Shown piece by piece: positions 27,621 through 37,928 of a DNA stretch of 64,000 bases. The stretch is taken from positions 9,494,954 to 9,558,953 of the forward strand of contig CM120644.1 in the NCBI GenBank assembly GCA_051362555.1, in the 5' to 3' direction. This stretch comes from Lingula anatina (lineage: Eukaryota; Animalia; Brachiopoda). Under the pieces are notes generated by a model. That model saw only the letters and a program-made list of their open reading frames with translations, did no database searches and had not been told where the DNA came from. Position 1 is the first letter of the stretch, and each line of letters starts with the position of its first letter. Position numbers and translations under genes: made by a program.

Positions 27621-30600
27621 TATTATATCTAATATTGTATTTCTGTGACCATTTTATATTTGCTTGTACGCTATCGATGATCTGTACCTTGTATGTTAAG
27701 GTTCTTTATGATCAATAAACATTCCACATTCCTATCACGAGCAGCACAGGCTTCAAACAACTGCGCATGTGCGAAAAGTGCGCTGTTTGAAATGAACAAG
27801 TTGGTGAAATTGACAATGCCTGCCGGCGTTTACCGTTTGGTTGATTTTATTTCATTAGCTCTCTGGTGTCTTTTTGAAAGTTTATATTAGAAATGTTCTA
27901 TTGATTTTATGTTGTAAAAAGTAAATCCGTCTGAATTCCTTAGAAAAGCATTTATTCTACCTTCATTTTAAGGGGATTCCCATTGTATTTATAGTGTTAT
28001 ATGTGGCCCCAATGGGGATTTTCACACCTCCCCCACTCTTGATTAATAAAATTCTTCATCTGGAGGATTGTAAATTATATTGCAAAATACACTGAAAATC
28101 TTAGGAAGGTTAACTGCAGATAATGCTGCGAGGATATTCTTAACAGTGGGGGAACTCGGCCAATATAAAATTTTTAACTTCGTTTTACGATTTTGGAGCG
28201 CCTGTTCTAATTTTTGAAAGAGAGGCAATGGAACCAAACAATGCTATACAATTTGTAATCTCGTAAAAATTGCTATTTTTATATAAAGGTTATAGCATGG
28301 AGTACATCGAAATGCGACTTGTTTATTATTATGATCTTAAATAATAATTAATATAAAACAAACGATATAATACGTTCTTAACGTTAGCCTATTTATTAGC
28401 TTAATTGATTTTTTTTCGTATTTGGAGATTAAAAACACAAAAGTTGTCTGGTTTCATGTCGAGGCACTACGTTTCGTTCGTGTGCTATCACGAGCACACG
28501 AACGAAACGTAGTGCCTCGATATGAAACCAGACAACTTTTGTGTTTTTAATCTCCAAATACGAAAAATAATCAATTAAGCTAATAAATAAGCTAACGTTA
28601 AGAACATATTATATCGTTTGTTTTATATTAATTATTATTAGATCATAATAATAAACAAGTTGCATTTCGATGTACTCCACGCTATGACCTTTATATAAAA
28701 ATAGCAATTTTTACGAGATTAAAAATTGTATCGCATTGTTTGGTTCCATTGCCTCGCTTTCAAAAATTAAAACAGGCGCTCCAATATCGTAAAACGAAGT
28801 TAAAAATTTTATATTGGCCGAGTTCCCCCACTGTTAAGAATATCCTCGCAGCATTAACTGCAGTTAACCTTCCTACGATTTTCAATGTATTTTGCAATAT
28901 AATTTACAATCCTCCAGATGAAGAATTTTATTAATCAAGAGTGGGGGAGGGGTGGAAAATCCCCTTGGGGCCACATATAACACTATAAATGCGAAGGGAA
29001 TCCCCCTTACAATGGCGGCAATTATGAATGTTAATCAGGAAAGTTCGATGGATTTGCTTTTTAAAACATACAATCAACAGAATATTTCTAATATAATTTC
29101 TTAAAACAACACCAGAAAGCAAATGAAATCAAATCAACCAGACGGTAAACACCGACAGGCTTTGTCAATTTCACCATTTGTTTATTTCAAACAGCGTACT
29201 GTTCGCGCATGTGCAGTAGTTTGAGACCTGTGCTCCTATCACGATTAGTCGTTTTCATGACCATTTCCGGTTATCAGATAATCGCCGTTCATGAGAGCTC
29301 CGTGGACCAAGAATCTTAAATTTGATCTAACTGTTAGAAAAGGTAGATTCTGCCAACACCACTACAGATCTGCTCCTGCATCCAGACCAACTATTGTTTA
29401 CTGGGGTGGAATTGTTGAAAAGTCGTCAAGGCTGCGCGTGTCTTTATTTCGCGGAAGATGAATCCCAGCAATACTAGCAAACCATGCAGTGAAAGGTACG
29501 TAGCAGCTTATCTAGCAAGATAGTTAAATAGTGAGTGTTAGTAAATATTACTTTTTTTTCTTTCCATTCCTAAGTTACCATCAGATTTATATTATGTTTA
29601 AGGCATTGTTTTATTAAAAGGAGCATTTGGTTTGTGTATCTTTTATGAATTGACATTGATAAAAGTTAAATAATTTTAATGTCATAAAACTGATAAATGC
29701 CATATAAAATGCATTTTTACATTAAAAGCATCTTTTCTGCTTACATTTTAGCTTTGTGTGAAATAATGACGACATTTTAAATCAAGTCTATAACAATCCA
29801 GTGAAGTTAAATAGCCCAAATGTACTTATATGTCAGGTTACATTAAATTTTTGAGTTACAGTTAGATTAGGCTCTGCTGTGCTGTATTCTTCAAAGTGGA
29901 ATTGTTTAGGAAAGCTTATTAAGAGACAGTTTGAGTCTTAGGAGATGGGGACTTGCTTGTCCTAAACAACAAATAATTATTCACTTTACAATAGTCCCCG
30001 AATCTTTGATACAGATCAGTGCTATAGTAATTAACAGTCAGGTGTGAATAGGGCTCTTCCTCGCTAGCAGCACATCTTGTGGGCTGAGCATTTCAGATAG
30101 TTGTCGTCCAATTGAAAATTGTCACCTTTATAAGAGTGAGTGTCAACTAAGAATTTGGAAGGAGGATTCCCTTTAGTGTTTCTTAAGACATGACAGTTTG
30201 ATACTTAACTGTGTATAAAATATTATCCTTGTCTACTGTCATTCCCTATTTAGTTTATTCTAGTTTAACAAAATCTAATAAAATTAGCTGTAGGTTTCTG
30301 TGTATATTACCATAGTTAAAGGTACATTTTGAACTGAGTGTGGTGAAACATGGATTCTCAGTAAATGCTTATTAACTACTTCTACTTGTTTGTTATACAA
30401 CTAGAATAATTTATTAGACATGACGAGGAAAAATCACTTGATCAGCAAAAAGGAGCTTTTAACTGCTCCTTATTTTAAATTTTGGCTGAAAATTTAACAT
30501 ACAAGTACATATCTTACTTATCTGCCTGGATTATATCGGCATAGCAAGCTAGCAGAAAATTTTGTTCAAATATCATTTTTCGGGCAGTATTGAATGATGT

Positions 30601-31777
30601 CTTGCGGTAATTATCTTAGTACTATTTAAAATTTTTACTAGCAATTGGTGAGCTTTTGTGGCAAAAATTTACCATTTATGCATCCTAAAATTGATAAAAT
30701 TTTGATGTCTCTAGGTATATGCATAACAAAATGCAATTTTCCATTATTAGAACCCCTTCTACAGTCATTTGGGTTATTTGTCAGGAAGTGAAATGTTTTT
30801 AATTGAATCCATTATAATCCAGTGAAGCTAAATAGCTTAGGTAGTCCTAAAATATCTGTCAGATAATATAGAATTTAAAATTGAGTTGTAGTCACATTAA
30901 GCTTTGATGACCTGTAAATACTCTTAGAAGTGGAATTGTTCAGCTAAGCTTGTTGAAAGACAGTATGTACCTTAAGGGATAGATACTTGTTTGTTGTTAA
31001 ATGCTTCTCTAATAAGCAAGTAGGAATTTTAAGGTCCATGATCTTTACCTAGATACAGATCAGTTATTAACAGTCAGGTGTGAACAGGTTTCATCCTTTC
31101 TCTCAGCATCTTGCAAGATGAGCATGTCAGAGACTTGAATGGGGGGGATGGTGGGGGAATCTGGCAGGTGTCTCTTAAAAAATAAGTTTAATACATTGCA
31201 AAAATTTGAAGGTCAAAAGTGAAAAAAAAGAACAAAAAACTACAAGAAAAGATTCAGAAAATAATAACAAGTGCCAAGGAAAATATAATTTTCTAGCATT
31301 AAGGACTATCAACATTTACTTGATCATTTTACAGTGCAATTCTATTCGAACAAGCCAATACCACAGACATAAGGAATATATACATGTATTGCTATATGAA
31401 GACTATCAATGTACAAACTAGCAGAAGAAATTTAAAGGTATTCAGGCACTAATTAGAGTTTAAGAGCCTGTGATTTACATGATTTGAGTGACATCTAGGG
31501 TTTTATTCTTAAATGTCCATTCCACAGCATGCTTAAGCAGAAATACATTTTTACTAGATTAAGAATGTCGGATTGGGGAGGGGGGGTGTTAAAGTCGAGG
31601 AAAATTAAATAATCAATGCACAAATAACTGTAAATAAAACTTTATTCATACTTCACTAATTATGTAAGCTAAAAATCCTGAAAACCGAGGATCCAAGTAT
31701 AATGATTACTTTTCAAGAAGGACAAATAATTGAAAAAAGGAATATATGCAACTGAACTTGATAAGCATGGGTATGCT

Positions 31778-31823
<46 letters not shown>

Positions 31824-34800
31824 ATAATTTGCATTTAATTCTTTCATTGTTTCATTCTGATGAACCACAGGGCTTAGAGATTTAACAAATTGAATTGAAA
31901 GACCTCTCAGATAAGAATCAGTGTGTAATATGTTGGTCTGCTTAGACAGTTAATTATCTCTCAGGTGTGTAGTTTCCATAAAAGAACCAAACAGCCATTC
32001 TGCTGCACTGTAATTATCCATGAAAATTTGAAAGACCAGATGTGTCAAGGACACTGAATTTGAAGTTCCACCCTTACTAGTATGCATTTCAATTGAAGGA
32101 CCACTGTTCTTTGCTTAGATAGAAATCAGTTTGTTTATGTAGGTGCTATATAATGAAATGAGAATCTTTCTGCTTTGAATACAATGCTACTTAGTAATCT
32201 ATAGTAAATGGGGACTGAAAATGTACATCTTTTTTTAATCAATGAGACCTGTTATAATAAATTTGATCAATCTAGGCTTATTGTGACATATATTTTTCAT
32301 AATTCTTTTTTTCTTATTTTTTTTAGACAAGATGGCTGACCAACTTGGTAGAGTGAGACCCAAAAGATAAAGACCTTATCCTGAGAATGCCAAAGAGTTG
32401 GATGTACAGAATATTAAAGCAACAGCTATATGTGACATATCTGACACAATAACACAACTAAAAGAAGTTTGTGAAAATGACAATGGCAAAGAAAACTGTG
32501 GTCCTAACTTCTCTTATAGCGAAGAAGAGTTGAGTAATGAAGTGCACTGTGATGGTGATTATAGTGACAGTGATGATGATTTCAATGGAGATACCTGTGA
32601 TGACCCATGTGACAAACCAATTTACCCTGATCATAACTTGACAATGCACCTTAGTATTTTGCTCATTTTTCTGTATGCCACTGCCCATGCAATTACTGGG
32701 AGTCAATTAAGTGATCTTCACATGCTCATCAGTATACACTGGTTTGCAAACTCACCCTGGGCTAAAGAGTTTATTTGTTTTTAAGAAGTACTTCTCAGGA
32801 ATGTCATCCCCTGTAGTGTTGATTTTTATGTTCATTGATAGTTGGTGGGTTACATCATAATTCAGTATTGCTCCAAATCTGCCTAAATCATGAAAACCCT
32901 ATGAAATCTTAACATCATCCTGGTTACTCGGTATTATAAGCAGTAAATCAAAGTATTAATTTGATAATAATACATAAGAACTTAAATTATATCAAGTACA
33001 AATGTTATTATGAATAAATAATCATTTATATAAACCTTTGGAACTATTTTTTTTATGTGGGGTTATGTAAATAAATAAATTTGGCCAAAAAGTGGGCAAA
33101 ATCCATAACTGAACATGAATAGTTTGTTTTTCTTTTTTTAGTACAATTTTGTTAGTTTGGGTAAGGATGGTTTCGAGAATGGAAAAGAAGTTTTCAAATG
33201 CCTAAATCTTGATTTTTTCAAAAAAAAAGTTAATTTCTATTTTTATAAGTTTTTTGCAAACTGTAAGCTAATAGCCATTTTTTTTTTTTTTTTGCAAACT
33301 TCTTGCGAACTGTAAGTTAATTTCTAAGTTTCTTGCAAACTTATCGCGAACTGTAAGTAATTGTCTAAGTTTCTCGCAAACTTGTCGCAAACTGTAAGTA
33401 ATTGTCTAAGTTTCTTGCAAAGTTATCGCGAACTGTAAGGAATTGTCTAAGTTTCTTGCAAACTTCTTGTGAACTGTAAGTTGATGTCTAAGTTTCTTGC
33501 AAACTTATCGCAAACTGTAAGTAGACTGCTGAGTATCTCGAAAATTTGATGCAAACTAAGTAAATGTCATCTTGCAAACTTCTCCCAAACTATTAACAAA
33601 TGTCTAAGTGTCTTCAGGTGTCTTCAGACTTCTCATAAACTAAAGTTTATAAATTTCTTAGTTTCATGCAAAAATCTCATAAGCTGTTAGTTAACTTGGC
33701 CTTTTTTTTTTTTTTAACTTAATACTAATATTTTGGCTTGAAAATGGCACTTCCTGACACCCATGCTCAGTGCAAACATCATTAATTTAACTGTATGTTA
33801 GTAAAAAAAGGTATGGACTTTCTTGCAAAACTCAGGCTAACTTTTATATGAAAAAGAATTTGCAAATTTGCTGCAAACATGAAACAATTTCTTGCAAATG
33901 AATCAACTTGGTGTGTATAAAAGCTGAGTTTCTTGCAAACCTTTATGTAAATGAGGAGTTTATTGCAAATTTACTGCATTTGCAACAATGTTAGGCTTTC
34001 TTGCAAACTTCCTGCAAAATGTTATGTAAATGAAGGTTTTCTTGCAAATTTTCTGCAAATTTGCAACAGGGTATATTTATCCTTGCAAACTTTCTTCAGG
34101 CTTTTATGTAAATGAGCAGTTTCTTGCAAATTTGCTGCAAATTTGCAACAGTGTATAGTCTTTCTTGCAAACATCCAGCAAACTTTTATGTAAATGAGGG
34201 TCTTCTTGCAAATTTGCTGCAAATTTGCAAGAAAATAGAAGCTTTCTTGCAAATTTGCTGCAAATTTGCTAGAAAATGATAGTTTTCTTGCGAACTACCT
34301 GCAAACTTTTAATCTTCCTGCAAATTTGCAGCAAATTTGCAACAACTCTGATTTTTCTTGCAACAACCTGCAAACAGTTTCTTGCAAACTATTTGGTTTG
34401 CAGCAAATTTGCTGCAAATTTTTTGCAAGTTTGCTGCAAACTTTTCATTTTGCTAAGGGAAAGGATACGAAATATATCATGCAATATTTGTATTAAAGTG
34501 TGGCTACTGAAATCTAAGCGAAGAAAACAGTTTAACTTAAAAGCTGAATATGATAACAGACGTTGCTGCAGTCAGTTTCGTATAATAGTATTTTACTTGT
34601 TTTCTATCTCAAATGAAGAGACACGTTTCATACCTAGTGAAAATGGTATAAACCCTTCGACTTTTTTCAAGTTTCCACATTCGTCCAGAAACCTCATCGG
34701 TTGAAATTGGCTTGGATTGGTCCAAATTGCTTCGTTCATGAATATTGACCAGTAGTTTGCCAAAATTCGAGTCTCCTTTGGTATCAAATATCCATGAACT

Positions 34801-36684
34801 CTGATATCCTTTGTAGCCTTGTGAGGAGCCGAGATCGGAGTTATATTATTACAACGCTGTATTTCCAATAGTGTAGCGCAAGTGAAAGGAAGATTCGGTC
34901 TGTCATCAAGTGTTGGGCGACGTAATTTCCCCACAACTTCATCCAACTCTGATTGGAGCTTGTTGCAGACGTCAGGATAAGACAACAGGAACAGCATTCC
35001 CCATGTCAGCGTCGATGAGGACGTTTCCGATCCAGTAAGATATAAAGTTTGACTATTCGATTTGATATCTTCCAAGTCAAAGAAAGGCTGGTCATTCTGG
35101 TCATTCTCATTTGTTTGGTGCATCATAGCGTCGACAAGCCCTCGTGTTGCGCATGCGTTGTAACCCATTATGTGCTTATATAAAATTCGGTTTACGGATT
35201 TTGCGAAACTGTCCCAGGCATGCGCACTTCTTTTGCATTGAGGTAAAAACCAAAGGTATGGAAGGAAGTTCTGAATTGATGCTTGACTGCTAAGTTTGGT
35301 TGCACTGTGGTAAGCTTCTATCAGTGCTTGGAAATCTGGATCATCGTAGTCATGTCTGCTACCAAACAATATGGCCCCTATGATGTTAGACGCAGAAGCA
35401 CTTACCGCACTATTGAAGTCGAAACGCTGGCCGTTTTTGTGTCTTATGTATTGAATAAGGGCATCGATTTCATTTTCCATTTGTTTTTCAACATCAAGCT
35501 TTGACAAATACTTAATGATAAAATTTCTCTGCCGTTTAAACTCTGTGCCGTAATCAGCGCACAATATTCCTGTAAGATAACAAAAATAGCCTTTATATAC
35601 TTAATTTTGGAGAGTTCTGAGGGAGCCGTCACAGAAAAAAATCATTTTTCATTCGAACACAATATGCATTTTAATTATACTTTGTCATGTCCCTATAACA
35701 GCTCTGTATATTGAATAACAGCAACATGTCTGTAATACAGGTAATAAAACTGTGTTGTCGAAGTATCTGGCAGGTTCAGGAAAATATACACACTGTACAG
35801 TGCTGCGGTAACGAAAAATACCTTAATGACGTTTATAATAGTAGCATGATAAATAAGTAAACTTATTTGTGAAAAATTTACGATTGACTGGAAAAAAGCT
35901 AATAAGCAATTTCTGGTGTGGTGACCACTCAAACTGGAAGTAAGTTGAATAGGTGTAGGTGATCGAGCCCTGACATTTTTTGTGTCTATGTATATAAATA
36001 CAAGACTCATATTGCTGAACAATATGTGGATCGAAGAAATACGTTTCTTAGCATTCGTTATCCCAAAGGTACCCCTAACATATGGTGTTGAGATTTTGAG
36101 TGCCTTGATTTTAGTGTGAATCAAAATCGGTTCACTACGTGCACATTAAAATCGGAGCTCAACCAGAATTATTGGTTAACAATGAAATATATATTGACTT
36201 ATTTCAGGGAGGCTTTTGTGGATGGCTAAAACTAACCGTACAATCTCAACTTCATTCTTAATCTGAACGCGCTCTTGTGGTTATTTGAATTAAAGAATCA
36301 GTACCTTTCGTCTCTTTGTTCTGCGTTTCCTTTAAACCTACCTCTCCCGCCAAGAAAACCGAAAGTCGGGATATGCGGCCTGCCAGAAGACAAAGCTCCC
36401 TTTCTCTGAAACACATCTCGAATAGCTTCATAACCGTTCAATATAACCGTTGTTGTGGTTCCCATTTTGACGGTGAATATGTTGCCATACTTCTCGGCCC
36501 ATTTCATCATAGTCAGCTGGGGCTCTCTGTCGAGGAGGGGTAAAACACCGACGACAGGGAAACCCCATGGGCCAGGAGGAAGGTTGAAACGATTTGAGTG
36601 TCTCGCACACCAAAGGAGTAAAATAAATGCAAGTGCGCTCAGTAGCAGTGATGTATCAAGGAAATCGCTGAGAGCTACCTCCAT
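13785..36684 (-). CDS. Cytochrome P450, CYP2-clan-like, gene B; exons 36684-36342, 35569-34634, 13966-13785 (486 aa); intron 2 expanded to ~20.7 kb by transposons
   Basis: All three exons are open and paralogous to gene A with the same splice phases (343+936+182=1461 nt). Intron sequence on both sides of the CACTA element matches the 328-bp intron 2 of gene A. Confidence 0.85.
20790..22928 (+). CDS. LINE ORF1: RNase H1-type hybrid-binding (Cauli_VI) domain, PHD finger, coiled coil, SGNH esterase-like domain
   Basis: KFYAVASGREPGIFLRW...FPGNCHKAFETIEEAVKFM; MIQCCNCRGWIHFTC...FSCELC; heptad-rich middle; LIGNSQ...HEITND...DGVHLSRQG. Confidence 0.88.
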   Translation: MSSTKFYAVASGREPGIFLRWPMAQASTVRFPGNCHKAFETIEEAVKFMNSYDIPETDIEVHINEESNMTLRKFLDSKKQETPATPEIETLQKGVCTDVDEGAALCLVHKMACEAQCGTPDNEFMIQCCNCRGWIHFTCSALPAYMLTSLRNSSRKFSCELCVSPDPDILNHLNNNNNEMPQMPQLTGKSVSTNSQLPTTAVATQTIHDFLEAETQTSLEAADQGTRTEPLREQSQTFMVETLKEFEARWVDKLQEQCLDLKIKLAQRDLELVKNEKKTLESEVSSLRKELNKTKSELDNVKKADKNSVTDKIHKLRVDMEQAAKDQLNKFKAEKMGLQAKVDKITAAMQARDHTAEQLMSVIKDKEDDLTNLRSKCDNLQLELEKSREEMYEARRTSVQCDHDNTFNAAGCTSSTVPGERRKSVCSYNGGRSISPTLFDTPESPAERHHYPPTEIDSNLESENDGHQSAHPINVPASGAENHVNGASSPPRLSYSEALRTPVVTPPQHIQTVTDMRGVSNSHERSRRRTVTLIGNSQIKNIIPHRLVPAARTETVLAYTAPEAANIMFNNKNLDSDCVILHEITNDVGEESAAQCAERLYAMGEGFAKTQPQTQVIISLGTPRLDYAMLNRDTDVVNALLKSKIHSSKVNNLHVCENGNFMRRGVIQRHLFNRDGVHLSRQGTSLLAANLRDTIEKVLNIDSRRKSARRGL
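23763..27332 (+). CDS. LINE ORF2: AP endonuclease, reverse transcriptase, C-terminal Cys/His motif
   Basis: WNIDG, LIETH, GDFNAK, TIDY (APE); KAPGLDG, NYRGI, QIGFR, FVDFSQAYD, GVKQGCVLSPTLF, LLYADD, YLG (RT); RLCKLC...EDEFHLVRECPVY. Confidence 0.96.
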   Translation: MLHSSPRSLRAGAWNIDGMFMRIGNERVSKLDLPCFQSALHQLDIFCLIETHCDVNDNLHLEGFHIESNLRQRSKNSPKASGGLAIGVRSEILKGIMFIKRNNSELMWIKLQKEFFNLREDVYMCNVYISPVGSSYTSQREDIFNILEEDLSKYEKLGKCIVFGDFNAKTYTEKDFVQHDSDTQVGTGEGYVSDVPMVRRNLDCHSVDSNGRRLLELCKSSGLRIVNGRVVGDFVGNQTCFSHNGQPSTIDYMLCHVEMFSQIEFFRVHDLSPYSIHCLLSCNISMNTCQYITPTGSSEALLKIPEKFFWNTGSRDRWLRALALPHNAEEIRKFTSATFMETAEGVENCLEDFYRLVTRIAANAGITKRIPKVRKGVGKKPWFDGDCKDMSRKLRSLARQIRKNPENRKIVQDYCAMKKRYKRLLNSKSNSFRENIYQRISKLENEDPQAFWEMYDKLCPKKQSSGNPIPPSEWWSHFNQLMNRKIPHDDTSFEDEINKYHLQHDHRVFNEMDFRITEKEVRLAATSLKRNKAPGLDGIPNEMIKEGITSLAPAISKVFNVIYSSGEFPTAWRTSTLSVLHKKGDRRCPGNYRGIAISSNLSKLFCKVLNKRLNNQVKKEQIIPDNQIGFRKGARTSDHILTLKSVVDKYIHKISRSKLYAAFVDFSQAYDTVWRNGLLYKLIKANFSSKFVNILRSMYNSVMFSIKCEGGITNPFSTSVGVKQGCVLSPTLFNIFIKDIPDLFVDTSQSKPPLLNNRPLTCLLYADDLVILSESAQGLQFSLNQLASYCDRWKLRVNTDKTKVVIFNKLGRTIDKEIFTLGEKRVGIATEYNYLGITFTPSGKFTKGMDTLRDKAAKVFFKIRNQLFAAPTAVAKKLFQSLVVPVMGYGSEVWIPYLIHKMQKNNILSTCDKPSAEQLHIKACKTILGIHKRASNHAARGELGSYPILIHLTALAVKYWSYLNYRLYKGENAMVLDALIENRAMSEAGITTWSSGIKAALLVGHAEELWVNPIKISNSNTQAIINQHMKQAYSEEWEEMIKAVDSSKKLRTYVGFKNRFSCENYTTIMNKSLRTTFCKIRLSAHTLQVERGRFTRPKTPLEQRLCKLCDLQRIEDEFHLVRECPVYTEQRNQMGTKLESFVSFEGFSEKEIFNFLMGSVEMDIIYVVVQYLGSCLKLRDKLLTIQNTS
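27740..28486 (+). mobile_element. 747-bp unclassified element, left arm of palindrome, 6-bp TSD ATCACG
   Basis: ATCACG at 27734-27739 and 28487-28492; termini AG...CT. Confidence 0.8.
28493..29237 (-). mobile_element. 745-bp related element in opposite orientation, right arm of palindrome, 6-bp TSD ATCACG
   Basis: Reverse complement of 27740-28486 with substitutions; ATCACG at 28487-28492 and 29238-29243. Confidence 0.8.
32327..32820 (+). pseudogene. Truncated N-terminal exon of an EnSpm/CACTA-type transposase
   Basis: Acceptor (T)nAG, MADQLGRVRPKR*RPY, acidic tract, DKPIYPDHNLTMHLSILLIFLYATAHAITGSQLSDLHMLISIH, then frameshifted FKKYFS. This resembles the N-terminus of animal EnSpm transposases; the catalytic core is absent. 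Confidence 0.65.
33255..34445. repeat. Right subterminal repeats: ~41-bp tandem unit (33255-33600) and TTGCAAATTTGCTGCAAA array (33860-34445)
   Basis: AACTGTAAGTAATTGTCTAAGTTTCTTGCAAACTTATCGCG-type unit repeated about 6-7 times; second array abuts the right TIR. Confidence 0.9.
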
Positions 36685-37928
36685 GTTATATATATATGTG
36701 TGTGTGTGTGTATGTGTGTGTTCCTGTTATGCAGGTACAGTGTATTTATAAGATGTAGTGCGTAATGCCCGTATTACAAGATGTTATTTGATCTTCAATG
36801 TATAGAGAAATAGCGGTTTCGGTATTTTTACCTTAGCATTTACCTAGATGTCTATAGCCTTGTTTGTAGATAATTTGGATATGGTGTGGTTAAAATCTTG
36901 GTGGTAAACGCAAAAAGTTCAAATTTACAGGAAAACTCAGTACTCTCTATATAAAGACCCCTTTGTGTAAGCAAAACGCTCATGGTAAGCCTTTGAAAGT
37001 TCCTTGATCAGGTTAATAAACATGAGTTCACTTTTTACATTGCAAAAATGATGTAGATGCAAAGTGATAATATTGTAGTTAGTGTAAGTAATTGAATGTT
37101 ACTATGTATGTGTAAATCCAATATATAACAAAACAACGGTAAGAAAGCTTGTTGACAGGCATTTTTGCCCTCCCTAAATCAGTCAATAATCGACCAGTCA
37201 ATAACAATGTTTTTTTAAGAGGAAATGAGAGCTGGATTGCGAGGTGCGATTTGATTGCGTTTGCTGAGATATAGCCGTTTTCGTATCGTGTCAGAATCAC
37301 GCAGTGTACTTTTGATGAAACAGAATACGCAAATTTCGCGTTGAGTGTCAGTAGCGGGCAAAATTATAAACATATCAGTTGTGCGTCAGATACGGGATTT
37401 TTTCATGTCGGCGTAACCTTTTTTCATGCATTTAAAATAGCAAAAGCTAAATGTATTTCCTGGATCATTTTTTTCCAATTTCACTACAGCTCTAACACAA
37501 CATTCGTCGTCATCTGTCGACCTTATGAGCCTTCCATAAATTCAAAATTGTCTAAACCCGTTATTTTATAACAACTGAATACCATATGGCATATTCAAGA
37601 TTTATATCACTAATCAGTCACACAAATCGCTAAATTTTGACAGAAAAGAAACACTTCTAATACCGTTCAGAAAACTAAACAGTAAGAGTCTGAATCCTAT
37701 ATACAGAACATCATGCTCATGTACGAGTATAAAGGCGCTTTGACGACACATTGTTTACCAGTGCATTGTTAAGTCTGAATGCTCGCGCATGTTGACACAC
37801 CAAAACAGCATACGTCACAGCGTGGAAACGTTTATGTGAACAATACACTGAAATCTTAAGTAAACACACATTTGACGCAGGCGATCAGAGACCAAGTGAT
37901 TAGGATAGAAGTCGAAGGGATAAACAAA

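Larger units (their letters stand above)
20378..27730 (+). mobile_element. Full-length LINE (APE-RT; RTEX-like or CR1/L2 group), apparently intact and young
   Basis: 8-bp TSD CCTATCAC at 20370-20377 and 27731-27738; empty site visible in unit 1 (11437-11444); two intact ORFs; 3' end AATAAA then CATTCCACATT. Confidence 0.93.
14137..34459 (+). mobile_element. EnSpm/CACTA-type DNA transposon, defective, with nested insertions
   Basis: 13-bp TIRs CCCTTAGCAAAAT (14137) and ATTTTGCTAAGGG (34447-34459); 2-bp TSD AA; subterminal repeat arrays at both ends; transposase-like fragment at 32.3-32.8 kb. Confidence 0.82.

Noticed and set aside
28493-28540. CGAAAC motif suggesting a hammerhead ribozyme
   Set aside because: No CUGANGA core at a suitable distance upstream.
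28043-28934. 64-aa ORFs MVPLP.FQKL... present in both palindrome arms
   Set aside because: Non-ATG start, no recognisable domain; conservation simply follows DNA identity.
33255-33600. CRISPR-like periodic array
   Set aside because: Head-to-tail tandem unit without unique spacers, eukaryotic context, no cas genes.
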